Assembly: GCA_963665095.1 (NCBI GenBank)
Contig: OY762069.1
Location: 1,760,001-1,824,000 of the forward strand
DNA length: 64,000 bases
Reading direction: 5' to 3'
Origin: an uncultured Desulfobacter sp.
Lineage (GTDB): Bacteria > Desulfobacterota > Desulfobacteria > Desulfobacterales > Desulfobacteraceae
Shown: positions 20,337 to 30,103 of the stretch, piece after piece
Numbering within the stretch: position 1 is the stretch's first letter
Layout of the letters: each line of letters opens with the position of its first letter
Translations under genes and position numbers: made by a program
The notes under the pieces: model-generated
What the model was told of the DNA's origin: nothing
Seen by the model: the letters and a program-made list of their open reading frames with translations, nothing else
Database searches by the model: none

Positions 20337-20888
20337 ATGAAACGGTTAATTTTTTTGATTTTAAGTATATTGTTATTATTGATTATCAGCACCCCTTTGT
20401 GCGCAACAACGATTTTTTATAATGTCAGCAATACCGGTGGGAATACATGGGAGTTCAGTTATACGGTTAAAAACGACAGCCTTAGTGTAGATATTGAAGC
20501 ATTCAGTATCTTTTTTGATTATGGGTTGTACGAAAATATTGCAGTAACCGGGGTTGCCGATGACTGGGAGGCCGACGGGGTTGAACCGGACGATATTTAC
20601 GGGTATGAGGATGACGGATACTATGACGCATGGACCTATGATGCTGCAATTGCAGTGGACCAGTCATTATCCGGTTTTTCCGTCAGCTTTGATTGGCTTG
20701 GTGATGCAAATGAAACCCCCGGTGTTCAATATTTCGAGATTTATGATGTGGATTATAGTGTGCTTGATGAAGGATATACGCAACTGGCAGATCAGGGCGG
20801 CAGCGATCCTGTACCTGAACCCTCAACCTTGATTTTATTTGCCACGGGTCTTCTGGGTTATTTGTTGTCCCGAAGGAGGGTATCATGA
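20337..20888 (+). CDS. PEP-CTERM sorting-domain surface protein, acidic
   Basis: Signal peptide; Asp/Tyr-rich body; C-terminal VPEPSTLILFATGLLGYLLSRRR. Confidence 0.93.
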   Translation: MKRLIFLILSILLLLIISTPLCATTIFYNVSNTGGNTWEFSYTVKNDSLSVDIEAFSIFFDYGLYENIAVTGVADDWEADGVEPDDIYGYEDDGYYDAWTYDAAIAVDQSLSGFSVSFDWLGDANETPGVQYFEIYDVDYSVLDEGYTQLADQGGSDPVPEPSTLILFATGLLGYLLSRRRVS

Positions 20889-23800
20889 GGGTTACCCGCA
20901 TCAAATCATATTTTTTATTAGTGTTGTTTATCCTGTTATGCTCGGCAACAGCGGCCCAGGCTGTTGACCCTGTCATTACAGGATACGAATTAACGGACCG
21001 GACCCGGGTGAGCCGGACCGATTATCAGTATACTTATAAAGCTGTTGCGCAGAATTCAGGCACTGATGACTACACAGATGTCAGTGCTGTGCTGACAAGT
21101 TCTGTATCCACCACTGTTGTGGTTGATGATTCATTGACATTTGGAGATATCTCCTCCGGCCAGAGTGTTCAAAGCAGTGATACTTTTTCAATCCGTGTTA
21201 ACAGACGCTATTCTTTTGATGAGACTGCACTGACCTGGACTTTTTCTTATGAAACTGTAACAGATCCGGGCGATACCGGAACACCGGATCCCAAAGATGT
21301 TGCGCCGCAATTTAAGATGACGGCAACAACGGGTTTCATGGATGGCATCGCCTTTCTCTATACAGGAGCCAATCCGATTCAAACCGGAGTGGCTGAAGAC
21401 ACCATTGTCGAAAAACGCGCCGCTGTTATCCGCGGTATGGTGAAAGACAATACAGGCTCCCCCATCAAAGATGTTATAGTGACGGTTCTTAATCATGGTG
21501 AATATGGCCAGACACTCACACGTGCTGACGGTGAATATGATCTTGCCGTAAATGGTGGCGGGACGTTCACTCTAAATTTTTTTAAATCCGGATACCTTAC
21601 ATCCCAAAGAACAGTTGTGCCTGACTGGCAGGACTACACTGTTGTCAACGATGTTGTTCTCGTTGCCGTAACCGGGGAAATTCATACAATATCCTTTGGT
21701 ACAGGAAGCGAACTTCAGACAATCCTGGGCAAGTATGAAAGCGATGATGACGGTGACCGCAAGGCCATTCTTCTGGTCCCCGGCGGGACAAGCGCAACCC
21801 TTCATTATCCGGACGGAACAGAACAAGCCCTTGCAAATGCCCATATGAGCATTACAGAATACACTGTCGGCGACCTGGGACCAGAAGCCATGCCAGCAGA
21901 TCTACCCGCTTCCAGCGCCTATACATATGCGGCGGAATTCCTTGTGGAGGAAGTCGCGGCCAGGGGAGCAACTTCGGTTACTTTTGATCAGCCCCTGTAT
22001 GGCTATATTCAAAATTTTCTTGGGTTTCCAACAGGCACACCTGTTCCGGCAGCCTATTATGATCGGACAACAGGGGCCTGGATCCCCACCGCTGACGGCC
22101 GGGTCATTGAAATTTTAAGCATAACCGAAGGTGTCGCTCAAATTGATGCCAATGGCGACGGAACAGTTGACAACGGCATTTTTAATGCGGACACAGCAGA
22201 TGATGGAATTGTTGAAATTGATTTGGGCATGACAACTGAAGAACGCCGGGAACTGGCTGCCAACTTCCCGGCAGGCCAGACCATCTGGCGCGTGCCTGTG
22301 CAGCACCTTTCTCCCCATGATTGGAATTTCCCATATTATCTTACATCATTATCCGGATCAGATAAGCCGACAATGCCCCACCCGTCACACGGCACAACAC
22401 CGACAGACACGCCAAAAAAAATTGACGACTATGGAATCATTGAAGTTGAGAATCAGATCTTCCGGGAAAGTTTGGGACTGACAGGGACACCCTTTACCAT
22501 CAATTACTCCAGCGGCCGCGTTGATGGGAACAAAAGCGCTGCCACGTTGAGCATTCCCCTCACCGGCAGCACACTGCCGTCCGGCCCTCTTAAAGATGTT
22601 AAAGTCACCATCTCGGTTGCCGGTCAACGGCATGTGTATTCTGTTGTGGACTCAGCGCAGGGAATTTCGACAAATATGACTTACTCCTACACCTGGGACG
22701 GTTTGGACGCCTATGGACGTAAGGTACCTGGAGAAGTTCCGGTCACGGTGGATTTATCCTATGTGTATGAAGGGTATTACAGCATTCCAAGAACGTATGC
22801 GGGCTGGTACAGTTTTTCCCTTCCCGGCTATGACCAGGATACCATTCTTATCCCGACAAGAGAGGATTTTTACCAGACCCAGACTTTTGAAACAACATTT
22901 GACGCCTCCCAGTTGTGGTATGCAAAAGAACAGGCCCTTGGTGGATGGACCATTGACGCCCATCATGCGTACGACCCCAATGGACGGACACTCTACAGGG
23001 GGGACGGGGCCCAATACAGTGCTGTTAATTACGGTGTCGGTGTTCTTGAACGCCTGGCCGGAACCAACACGTCGTTAGAGGCAACCGGTGACGGCGGGCC
23101 GGCTTTGGAAGGAACAATTGAGGATTTTCTATCTGTTGCTGTTGCGTCGGACGGCGCCATCTATTTTTCAGACACCAATACCATCCGTAAGATCGATCCC
23201 GACGGCATCATTACAACAGTCGCGGGTCAGGCCTACAGTGGCTACGATGGAGACGGCGGACCGGCAGAGAACGCTTCATTTGCTGGTCCCTTCGGTCTTG
23301 CCTTCGGCCCTGATGACAGTCTTTATATCGCTGATACAGACAATGGGGTTGTTCGAAAAATCAATCCTGGCGGCATCATCACGACAGTTGCCGGAGATCC
23401 TGACTTTGAGTTTGCCCAAAACAATGCCGTCCCGGATTTTAATATCTGCCTGGTCTTTCAACAGCCCAAAAAGTTTTTACAATGGGTTGCGGCAAAAATA
23501 GAGTCTGTCTTTCATATCAAAGAAGCCATCGCTGCGTTTGCCCAAACAGATTACGGTGACGGCAGACCGGCAACAGAGGCATACCTGGAATCTCCAACAG
23601 CAGTTGTTGTTGATAAAGACGGCAGCCTGTACATCGGGGAGTATTGTAAAATCCGCAAAGTTGCCACGAACGGAATCATCACAACCTATGCCGGATCTGA
23701 TGTCGGAGGCTCTTCAGACGATAATATCCCTGCAACAGACGCATCCATCCCCCAAATGCAAAGCATGGCCATCGGACCTGACGGCAGCGTTTATTATACA

Positions 23801-26800
23801 CAAGTCGGATGGCTGCCCAATCAACATCTTGTCCGCAGAATTTACCCTGACGGCATTGTCACAACCATTGCCGGCGGGGGAACATACCAAAACCCTGACG
23901 GTCAACCGGCAACAGAGGCGCTGCTCGACTATCCGGAAAATCTTGCTGTCACAGATGACGGCAGCGTATATTTTTCAGATACTTCATCCAGAGTTTTTAA
24001 AATCAACACCCGCGGAATTATCTTGACCGTTGCCGGCGGGGGGGCAACACCATTCAGTGAAGCCGAAGGTGCCCAGGCCCCTGCCATTGATTTTTCAGAA
24101 TTTTATTTACGGCCGGCCCTGAACCCTGACGGCGAGCTTATCATCTGCGCGGGGTACGTGCCTCCCTGGGGGACCACATCGCTTTCAGATTTATACAATT
24201 CCGTCTGGAAATTGAAAGAAAATTCTTTGCCGGAAAGATCCGGTGATGCGGATATTGTTATTCCAGCCCGGAACGGAATGGGCCTTTACATTTTTGATGC
24301 CGGTGGACGACATCTGGAAACCCGGAATGCATTAACAGGCGCTGTCACCTTATCTTTCGGATATGACAGTGACGGCCGGCTTATAACGGTCACAGATGCC
24401 GACAACAACGTCACAGCCGTCAACCGCGATGGCTCAGGAAATCCGACAAGTGTCACAGCCCCGGCCGGACAGACAACAACAGTCAACGTGGATGCCAACG
24501 ATTATCTGGAAACCATAACCAATCCGGCCGGGCAAACCGTGACGTTTGATTATACATCCGGCGGGCTTTTGACAAGCATGTTCCGGCCAAAAGGAAATGA
24601 GTATACGTTTGAATATGACAGCATCGGAAGGCTGATCCGTGCCGACAAGCCGGACGGCAGCTTTGACACGCTGACACGAAAGTCGTTGAATGATGACAAC
24701 AGCAGCAGTTACGAAGTCGTCAAAACAAACAGCCTGGGGCACCAGACCACTTACCGGACCGAATATCTCGAAGACGGGGATGTCCAAAAAACAGTGATTC
24801 AACCCGACGGGCTGCAAAACCTGACCTTGCAGAGAACCGACGGCAGCGAGGAACACACCTCCCCGGACGGTGTTGTCACATCCATAACCCGGTTGCCCAG
24901 TCCGCGTTTCGGCATGCTTGTTCCGGTGATCAGCAATGTGACGGTCACAACCCCGGATGGCATTGAAACCATTGTCGAATCCACACGGGAAACAACACTG
25001 TCCGACGCCTCGGATCTAACAAGCGTTACTTCCTTGATTAATACAACAACCGTCAATGGCCGCACGTTCACGGAAAGTTATGACGGTTTCACCCGTCAAT
25101 ACACCCGAACAACGCCAACAGGACGGACCAGCACCATGACCATTGACGAAGTCGGACGCATCATTGAATCACAAACGAGCAGCTTTGAAGCCGCTGTCTA
25201 CGCATATGACAGTGATGACGGGCAGCTCTCCTCTGTCACTCAGGGGGCCCGTTTTGTTCAATATGGATATGACGAGTTTAACAACCTCAACAGCATCACC
25301 AACGTGATGGGTGCTTCAGAAACGCTCAGCCATACGGCTTCCGGAAAAATCGATGTTCATACCAACGCCCTTGGCAACACAGTCGGTTTTGACTACGGGC
25401 TGAACGGCAAAGTAACAGGCGTGACCACCCCCCGGGGCCATCTGCATCAATATGGATATAATCCTGTTGATATGATGGAAAGTTACACAGATCCTTCCGG
25501 CAACTCAGCGGCATATGAGTACGATGGTGAACAGAATACAACTCAAATCACCCTGGCCGGCAACAAGACAATGACATTCGGATACGATTCCATGGGTCGG
25601 ACAACCAGCATCACAGATCCATCCGGGGTTGTCACAACATCCACTTTTGATGCTGTCGGCCGGTTAAGCGCTATTGAACGTGCAGGAGAAAAGGTTGAAT
25701 ACAGTTATGACGGACACCTCCCGGTTCAAACCGACATATCCGGATCTGTTGCACAACGTATCGGCGTTATATACAATAACAACATTCGCAGGGAATCCGT
25801 GACTATAGACGGCGAAACTGTCAACTATACCTATGACGACGATGGTCTAGTGACCCAGGCCGGGGAGTTGATTATCTCCCGAAATACGGAAGACGGGTTG
25901 ATACATTCCCTGACTTTAGGCCAGACCACTGTAGATTTCAACTATAACGCTTACAGTGAACAAACAGCCTGTACGGTGTCCCATTCAGGAACAACCATGT
26001 TTTCACAAAACTACAGGTGGAATGACCTGGGACAAATCACAGAAAAACAAGAATTCTACGATTCAACAACAAACACCTATGAATACGCCTATGACCTTAT
26101 TGGACAACTGACCGGCGTTGAAAAAGATGACAGCCTTGTTGAAGCGTATTCCTATGACGCCAACCATAACAGAAACCCGTCAGATGCGACATATGACAAT
26201 CAGGACCGGCTTATTTCCGATGGCGGAACAAGTTACGCCTATTGTGATAACGGGTTTCTGACTGAGTCCGTCAGCACCGGAGGCACAACAAGGTACAACT
26301 ACATAGAAACCGGCGAACTCACATCTGTTTCCCTGAGCGACGGCACTGACGTCACTTATATATATGATGGAATGGGACGACGGATTTTAAGAGACCTTTC
26401 AGGGCTTTCCACGCAAAAATTTGTGTATCTTGATCAGCTCAGCCCGGTTGCGGAACTTGATGCCTTTAACAATGTTGTCAGCCGCTTTATTTACGCGACA
26501 GGCGACAATGCGCCTGATTATATGGTCCGGAACGGCATCAATTATCTCTTTGTCAAAGACCAGATCGGAAGCATTCGGCTGGTTGTTAATACATCGACAG
26601 GGAACGTTATTCAAAAAATCGACTACGATGCATTCGGGCAGGTGCTCAGCGATTCAAATCCCGGGTTCCAGCCCTTTGGTTTTGCCGGAGGCATGTATGA
26701 CCCGGAAACCGGTCTTGTCCACTTTGACAGACGGGATTATGACCCAATCACCGGACGCTGGACAGCCAAAGACCCGATCCGGTTTAACGGAGGCAGCACA

Positions 26801-27322
26801 AACCTCTACGCTTACGCAAATAACAATCCTGTTTCCTTCAAAGATCCATCCGGCTTAAAATCTGAATCCACATACAGCGATATTATCGATAAAGCCGACC
26901 AATCCGCCAATTATGAAGGCATTGTTTGGGATGGCGCTGAAATGATCGCCAAGGATGGTTTCAAAAATGCCTCAGCCGGAGGATTCTTCAAAACATTGGG
27001 AAACGTGACAGGTGTCCTTTCTGCAGGTACCAGTTTTCTGAAATACGTGGATACCGCCAATGCCTATTATTACGATGGGAAAGGATCGTTGTGGGATGTG
27101 GCCCACGACTTTGTCTCTTTGGGAGCGAATACGGTCGGGCTGATTCCTTTACCGCCCACACAGATGGCATGCAAAGCTTTAAGTTATCTCGATACCGCGT
27201 CAACACCGATCATGACAGCAATGTTTACGCAATACTACATTCAGCAATCCAGTAATTTGCCAACCGCACCATCCCAGGCGCAAATGACCGGCCCCGGGTA
27301 TGGAAACGGCCCAAAACCCTAA
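20885..27322 (+). CDS. Secreted teneurin-like protein (carboxypeptidase-regulatory-like domain, NHL repeats, YD shell, RHS core, C-terminal domain)
   Basis: 2145 aa; Sec signal ...SATAAQA; GWTIDAHHAYDP motif; repeated GDGGPA/RKIDPDGIITTVAG NHL units; many YD repeats; RHS core PFGFAGGMYDPETGLVHFDRRDYDP...NNPVSFKDPSGL. Confidence 0.9.
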   Translation: MRVTRIKSYFLLVLFILLCSATAAQAVDPVITGYELTDRTRVSRTDYQYTYKAVAQNSGTDDYTDVSAVLTSSVSTTVVVDDSLTFGDISSGQSVQSSDTFSIRVNRRYSFDETALTWTFSYETVTDPGDTGTPDPKDVAPQFKMTATTGFMDGIAFLYTGANPIQTGVAEDTIVEKRAAVIRGMVKDNTGSPIKDVIVTVLNHGEYGQTLTRADGEYDLAVNGGGTFTLNFFKSGYLTSQRTVVPDWQDYTVVNDVVLVAVTGEIHTISFGTGSELQTILGKYESDDDGDRKAILLVPGGTSATLHYPDGTEQALANAHMSITEYTVGDLGPEAMPADLPASSAYTYAAEFLVEEVAARGATSVTFDQPLYGYIQNFLGFPTGTPVPAAYYDRTTGAWIPTADGRVIEILSITEGVAQIDANGDGTVDNGIFNADTADDGIVEIDLGMTTEERRELAANFPAGQTIWRVPVQHLSPHDWNFPYYLTSLSGSDKPTMPHPSHGTTPTDTPKKIDDYGIIEVENQIFRESLGLTGTPFTINYSSGRVDGNKSAATLSIPLTGSTLPSGPLKDVKVTISVAGQRHVYSVVDSAQGISTNMTYSYTWDGLDAYGRKVPGEVPVTVDLSYVYEGYYSIPRTYAGWYSFSLPGYDQDTILIPTREDFYQTQTFETTFDASQLWYAKEQALGGWTIDAHHAYDPNGRTLYRGDGAQYSAVNYGVGVLERLAGTNTSLEATGDGGPALEGTIEDFLSVAVASDGAIYFSDTNTIRKIDPDGIITTVAGQAYSGYDGDGGPAENASFAGPFGLAFGPDDSLYIADTDNGVVRKINPGGIITTVAGDPDFEFAQNNAVPDFNICLVFQQPKKFLQWVAAKIESVFHIKEAIAAFAQTDYGDGRPATEAYLESPTAVVVDKDGSLYIGEYCKIRKVATNGIITTYAGSDVGGSSDDNIPATDASIPQMQSMAIGPDGSVYYTQVGWLPNQHLVRRIYPDGIVTTIAGGGTYQNPDGQPATEALLDYPENLAVTDDGSVYFSDTSSRVFKINTRGIILTVAGGGATPFSEAEGAQAPAIDFSEFYLRPALNPDGELIICAGYVPPWGTTSLSDLYNSVWKLKENSLPERSGDADIVIPARNGMGLYIFDAGGRHLETRNALTGAVTLSFGYDSDGRLITVTDADNNVTAVNRDGSGNPTSVTAPAGQTTTVNVDANDYLETITNPAGQTVTFDYTSGGLLTSMFRPKGNEYTFEYDSIGRLIRADKPDGSFDTLTRKSLNDDNSSSYEVVKTNSLGHQTTYRTEYLEDGDVQKTVIQPDGLQNLTLQRTDGSEEHTSPDGVVTSITRLPSPRFGMLVPVISNVTVTTPDGIETIVESTRETTLSDASDLTSVTSLINTTTVNGRTFTESYDGFTRQYTRTTPTGRTSTMTIDEVGRIIESQTSSFEAAVYAYDSDDGQLSSVTQGARFVQYGYDEFNNLNSITNVMGASETLSHTASGKIDVHTNALGNTVGFDYGLNGKVTGVTTPRGHLHQYGYNPVDMMESYTDPSGNSAAYEYDGEQNTTQITLAGNKTMTFGYDSMGRTTSITDPSGVVTTSTFDAVGRLSAIERAGEKVEYSYDGHLPVQTDISGSVAQRIGVIYNNNIRRESVTIDGETVNYTYDDDGLVTQAGELIISRNTEDGLIHSLTLGQTTVDFNYNAYSEQTACTVSHSGTTMFSQNYRWNDLGQITEKQEFYDSTTNTYEYAYDLIGQLTGVEKDDSLVEAYSYDANHNRNPSDATYDNQDRLISDGGTSYAYCDNGFLTESVSTGGTTRYNYIETGELTSVSLSDGTDVTYIYDGMGRRILRDLSGLSTQKFVYLDQLSPVAELDAFNNVVSRFIYATGDNAPDYMVRNGINYLFVKDQIGSIRLVVNTSTGNVIQKIDYDAFGQVLSDSNPGFQPFGFAGGMYDPETGLVHFDRRDYDPITGRWTAKDPIRFNGGSTNLYAYANNNPVSFKDPSGLKSESTYSDIIDKADQSANYEGIVWDGAEMIAKDGFKNASAGGFFKTLGNVTGVLSAGTSFLKYVDTANAYYYDGKGSLWDVAHDFVSLGANTVGLIPLPPTQMACKALSYLDTASTPIMTAMFTQYYIQQSSNLPTAPSQAQMTGPGYGNGPKP

Positions 27323-27356
27323 TGGATAAAGGGTCAGAATAATAAAGACATCTTTA

Positions 27357-27396
27357 GAGGGGATACGAGATAAATAATTCGTATCCCCTCATTTTT
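27357..27396 (+). terminator. Rho-independent terminator after the teneurin-like gene
   Basis: GAGGGGATACGA...TCGTATCCCCTC 12-bp stem followed by ATTTTT. Confidence 0.7.
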
Positions 27397-27485
27397 CGAT
27401 TAATCACTGAACACAAATGGGAGCTCTTTATTCATTTTAGCTTCATACATTGCCGGCATTAACGGTGCCAGCCTGAATGCGGCAG

Positions 27486-27959
27486 TCATAAATAAAAGGC
27501 CGCCTGGTCGATCTGATCTTCCCCGAATACCCTGATCCCGTTTTCCCTGAGCAGGAAGGTTGTCACCCCTGCGCCGTCCACAAGTGTGCGGGAAAAATTA
27601 CCGTCATATATTACAACACTGCCGCAGGAGGGGCTTTTCTGCTTAAGGATGGCCGTTGTTATGTTTAAAGATACGGCTTTGTCCAAGGCTGCCTGGGCAC
27701 CTTTAATAAAAAAATTAGTGACATCGGTCTGTTGGGTTTTCACCCGGGCGGTTCCGGCCCAGACAGCGGCGCCACCGCCAAAGCAGATCTCTGCTGGGGG
27801 CCGGGGGACAGGAAGGCCGCCCTCCATTTCCGGGCAGACCGGCACCAGCCGTCCCTGCTTTTGCCATTGTATTATCAGGTTATGGTCAAACGGGCATGAT
27901 TTGCCATCGTAGCGCACCGGCTGCCCTAAAAGGCAGGCTGAAATAAGTATCAGTTCCAT
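27486..27959 (-). CDS. DUF523 family protein (2-thiouracil desulfurase/YbbK-like)
   Basis: ISACLLGQPVRYDG, VCPEMEGGLPVPRPP, LKQKSPSCG. Confidence 0.9.
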   Translation of the reverse strand: MELILISACLLGQPVRYDGKSCPFDHNLIIQWQKQGRLVPVCPEMEGGLPVPRPPAEICFGGGAAVWAGTARVKTQQTDVTNFFIKGAQAALDKAVSLNITTAILKQKSPSCGSVVIYDGNFSRTLVDGAGVTTFLLRENGIRVFGEDQIDQAAFYL

Positions 27960-28026
27960 GAAAAATTCTTATACCAGCATTGCAGATGTTTGTAAAAATT
28001 TCTTGACTATGGCGGGGAATTAGTGC

Positions 28027-28044
28027 AATGAATGGCTATTCATT
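28027..28044. promoter_or_regulatory. Palindromic operator upstream of acyl-CoA dehydrogenase
   Basis: AATGAAT-GGCT-ATTCATT; related ATGAA-GGCTAA-TTCAT at 28177-28192. Confidence 0.5.
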
Positions 28045-28215
28045 CAGAAAAATCCTTGGACTCTGAATGATACAAGATTTGGCTTTTACTTGCAACATAC
28101 TGTTATTGAAGCGTTATTATAAAAATATCATCACGCGGACAATAGAGAACATACGAGAATAAGCCATTTCATAACGATGAAGGCTAATTCATTAACAACC
28201 CCCAGAGGAGGACAC

Positions 28216-30030
28216 ATGGCACAGGTAATTTCCGATCAGCGGGACATTGATTTCGTTGTCCATGAACTGCTTGAGGCAGAAACCTTGGCAGAACTGAATG
28301 ACAACTATGCCGACTTTAACAAGAAAACCATTGATATGGTGATTAAAGAGGCAAAAAACCTGGCAGTCAAAGAGCTTCTGCCCATCAACAAAGAAGGCGA
28401 TGAAATCGGCTGCACACTTGAAAACGGTAAAGTCACCACCCCGCCGTCTTTCAAGCGCGTATTTGATCTGTTCAACGAGGGCGAATGGCTCGCACCCACT
28501 GAGGATCCGGAATGGGGCGGCCAGGGTATGCCCTACACTGTTGCAGCAGCTGCTGCCGAATATTTCAACGGCGCCAACTACCCGTTCATGATGTACTTCA
28601 GCCTCACCCAGGGTGCAGGCCACCTGGTGGAGCATTTCGGCACAGAAGAGCAAAAAAGAGTATTTCTTAAAAATATGTATACCGGCAAGTGGAGCGGCAC
28701 CATGTTGCTCACCGAACCGGGCGCAGGTTCCGATGTCGGCGCACTGACCACCAAAGCCATCCCCAACGGCGACGGCACTTACAATATTGTGGGTGAAAAG
28801 ATTTTCATCTCCGGTGGGGAACATGACCTGGCCGAAAACATCATCCATCCGGTTCTGGCCCGCATTGAAGGCGCGCCTGCCGGCACCAAGGGCATCTCTT
28901 TGTTCCTGGTCCCCAAATACAGAGTCAACGAAGACGGTTCCTTAGGTGAATTCAACGATGTTATCTGCACCGGTATTGAGCACAAGATGGGCATCCACGG
29001 CAACTCCACCTGCTCCTTGTCCCTAGGCTCCAAAGGCAACTGCGTAGGAACCCTGCTGGGCGAAGAGAACAAGGGCATGAAAGCCATGTTCCTGATGATG
29101 AATGCCGCCCGCCTGCACGTGGGTGTTCAGGGTTTTGCCTGCGCCACAGCCGCTTATATGTATGCTCTGGACTATGCCAAGAACCGCATCCAGGGCAGAG
29201 ACCTCATGGAGATCATGAACCCGGATGCCCAGGCCGTATCCATCTTCCGTCATCCGGATGTCCGCCGCCAGCTCATGGTCATGAAATCCAATGTGGAAGC
29301 CATGCGCGCTCTGATCTACTATGTGCATTACTGCGTTGATATGTCCAAGTACGCAAAAACAGATGAAGAAAAGGCAAAATACCAGGGATTCCTTGAAGTG
29401 CTCACCCCCATTGCCAAGGGCTATGTCACAGACCGGGCCTTTGAGATCTGCTCCCAGGGTATGCAGGTATATGGCGGATATGGGTTTATTGAAGAGTATC
29501 CCATGGCTCAGCTGCTGCGCGACGTTCGCATTACGCTGATCTACGAAGGCACCAACGGCATCCAGGCCATGGACCTTCTGGGCCGCAAACTTGGCATGAA
29601 CAAGGGCAAGCCCATCATGGACCTGTTTGGAGAAATGCAGAAAACCATCGCCCTTGCCAAAGATATTCCGGCCCTGGAAAAAGCAGCCGCCAAGGTTGAA
29701 GAGGTGGTAAACAAACTGGGCGAAGTGGCCATCCACATGGGCACCACCGCCATGAGCCCCAAAGTGATGGCTGCCTTTGCCAATGCCCATCCCTTCCAGG
29801 ATGCCACCGGCGATGCCATCTTTGCATGGATGCTTTTGTGGCGCTCTGTTGTGGCTGCCCAGAAACTGGAAAAGGCCAAAAAGAAAGACATCCCCTTTTA
29901 CCAGGGTGTGATTAAATCCCTTGAGTTCTATGCAGAAACCGTACTGCCCGTCACCATGGGTCGGTTTGCAGCGCTTTTGGGAACCAGTTCCGTAGCTGTG
30001 GACATTGAAGACGATATGTTCCCCGGCTAA
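28216..30030 (+). CDS. Acyl-CoA dehydrogenase
   Basis: LTEPGAGSDVG, GEKIFISGG, EHKMGIHG, QVYGGYG, IYEGTNGIQ; RBS GAGGAGG before ATG 28216. Confidence 0.95.
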   Translation: MAQVISDQRDIDFVVHELLEAETLAELNDNYADFNKKTIDMVIKEAKNLAVKELLPINKEGDEIGCTLENGKVTTPPSFKRVFDLFNEGEWLAPTEDPEWGGQGMPYTVAAAAAEYFNGANYPFMMYFSLTQGAGHLVEHFGTEEQKRVFLKNMYTGKWSGTMLLTEPGAGSDVGALTTKAIPNGDGTYNIVGEKIFISGGEHDLAENIIHPVLARIEGAPAGTKGISLFLVPKYRVNEDGSLGEFNDVICTGIEHKMGIHGNSTCSLSLGSKGNCVGTLLGEENKGMKAMFLMMNAARLHVGVQGFACATAAYMYALDYAKNRIQGRDLMEIMNPDAQAVSIFRHPDVRRQLMVMKSNVEAMRALIYYVHYCVDMSKYAKTDEEKAKYQGFLEVLTPIAKGYVTDRAFEICSQGMQVYGGYGFIEEYPMAQLLRDVRITLIYEGTNGIQAMDLLGRKLGMNKGKPIMDLFGEMQKTIALAKDIPALEKAAAKVEEVVNKLGEVAIHMGTTAMSPKVMAAFANAHPFQDATGDAIFAWMLLWRSVVAAQKLEKAKKKDIPFYQGVIKSLEFYAETVLPVTMGRFAALLGTSSVAVDIEDDMFPG

Positions 30031-30063
30031 TCATTGACAATCGGTTTACACCGTTCGTCACTC

Positions 30064-30100
30064 AAAAGGCTGTCCCACGCCCCCCGGGACAGCCTTTTTT
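30064..30100. terminator. Bidirectional rho-independent terminator
   Basis: AAAAGGCTGTCCC...GGGACAGCCTTTTTT between convergent genes. Confidence 0.85.
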
Positions 30101-30103
30101 CTA

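Noticed and set aside
27486..27959. DUF523 gene as immunity protein for the RHS tip
   Set aside because: Opposite strand, separated by a terminator, and belongs to a widespread Fe-S enzyme family.
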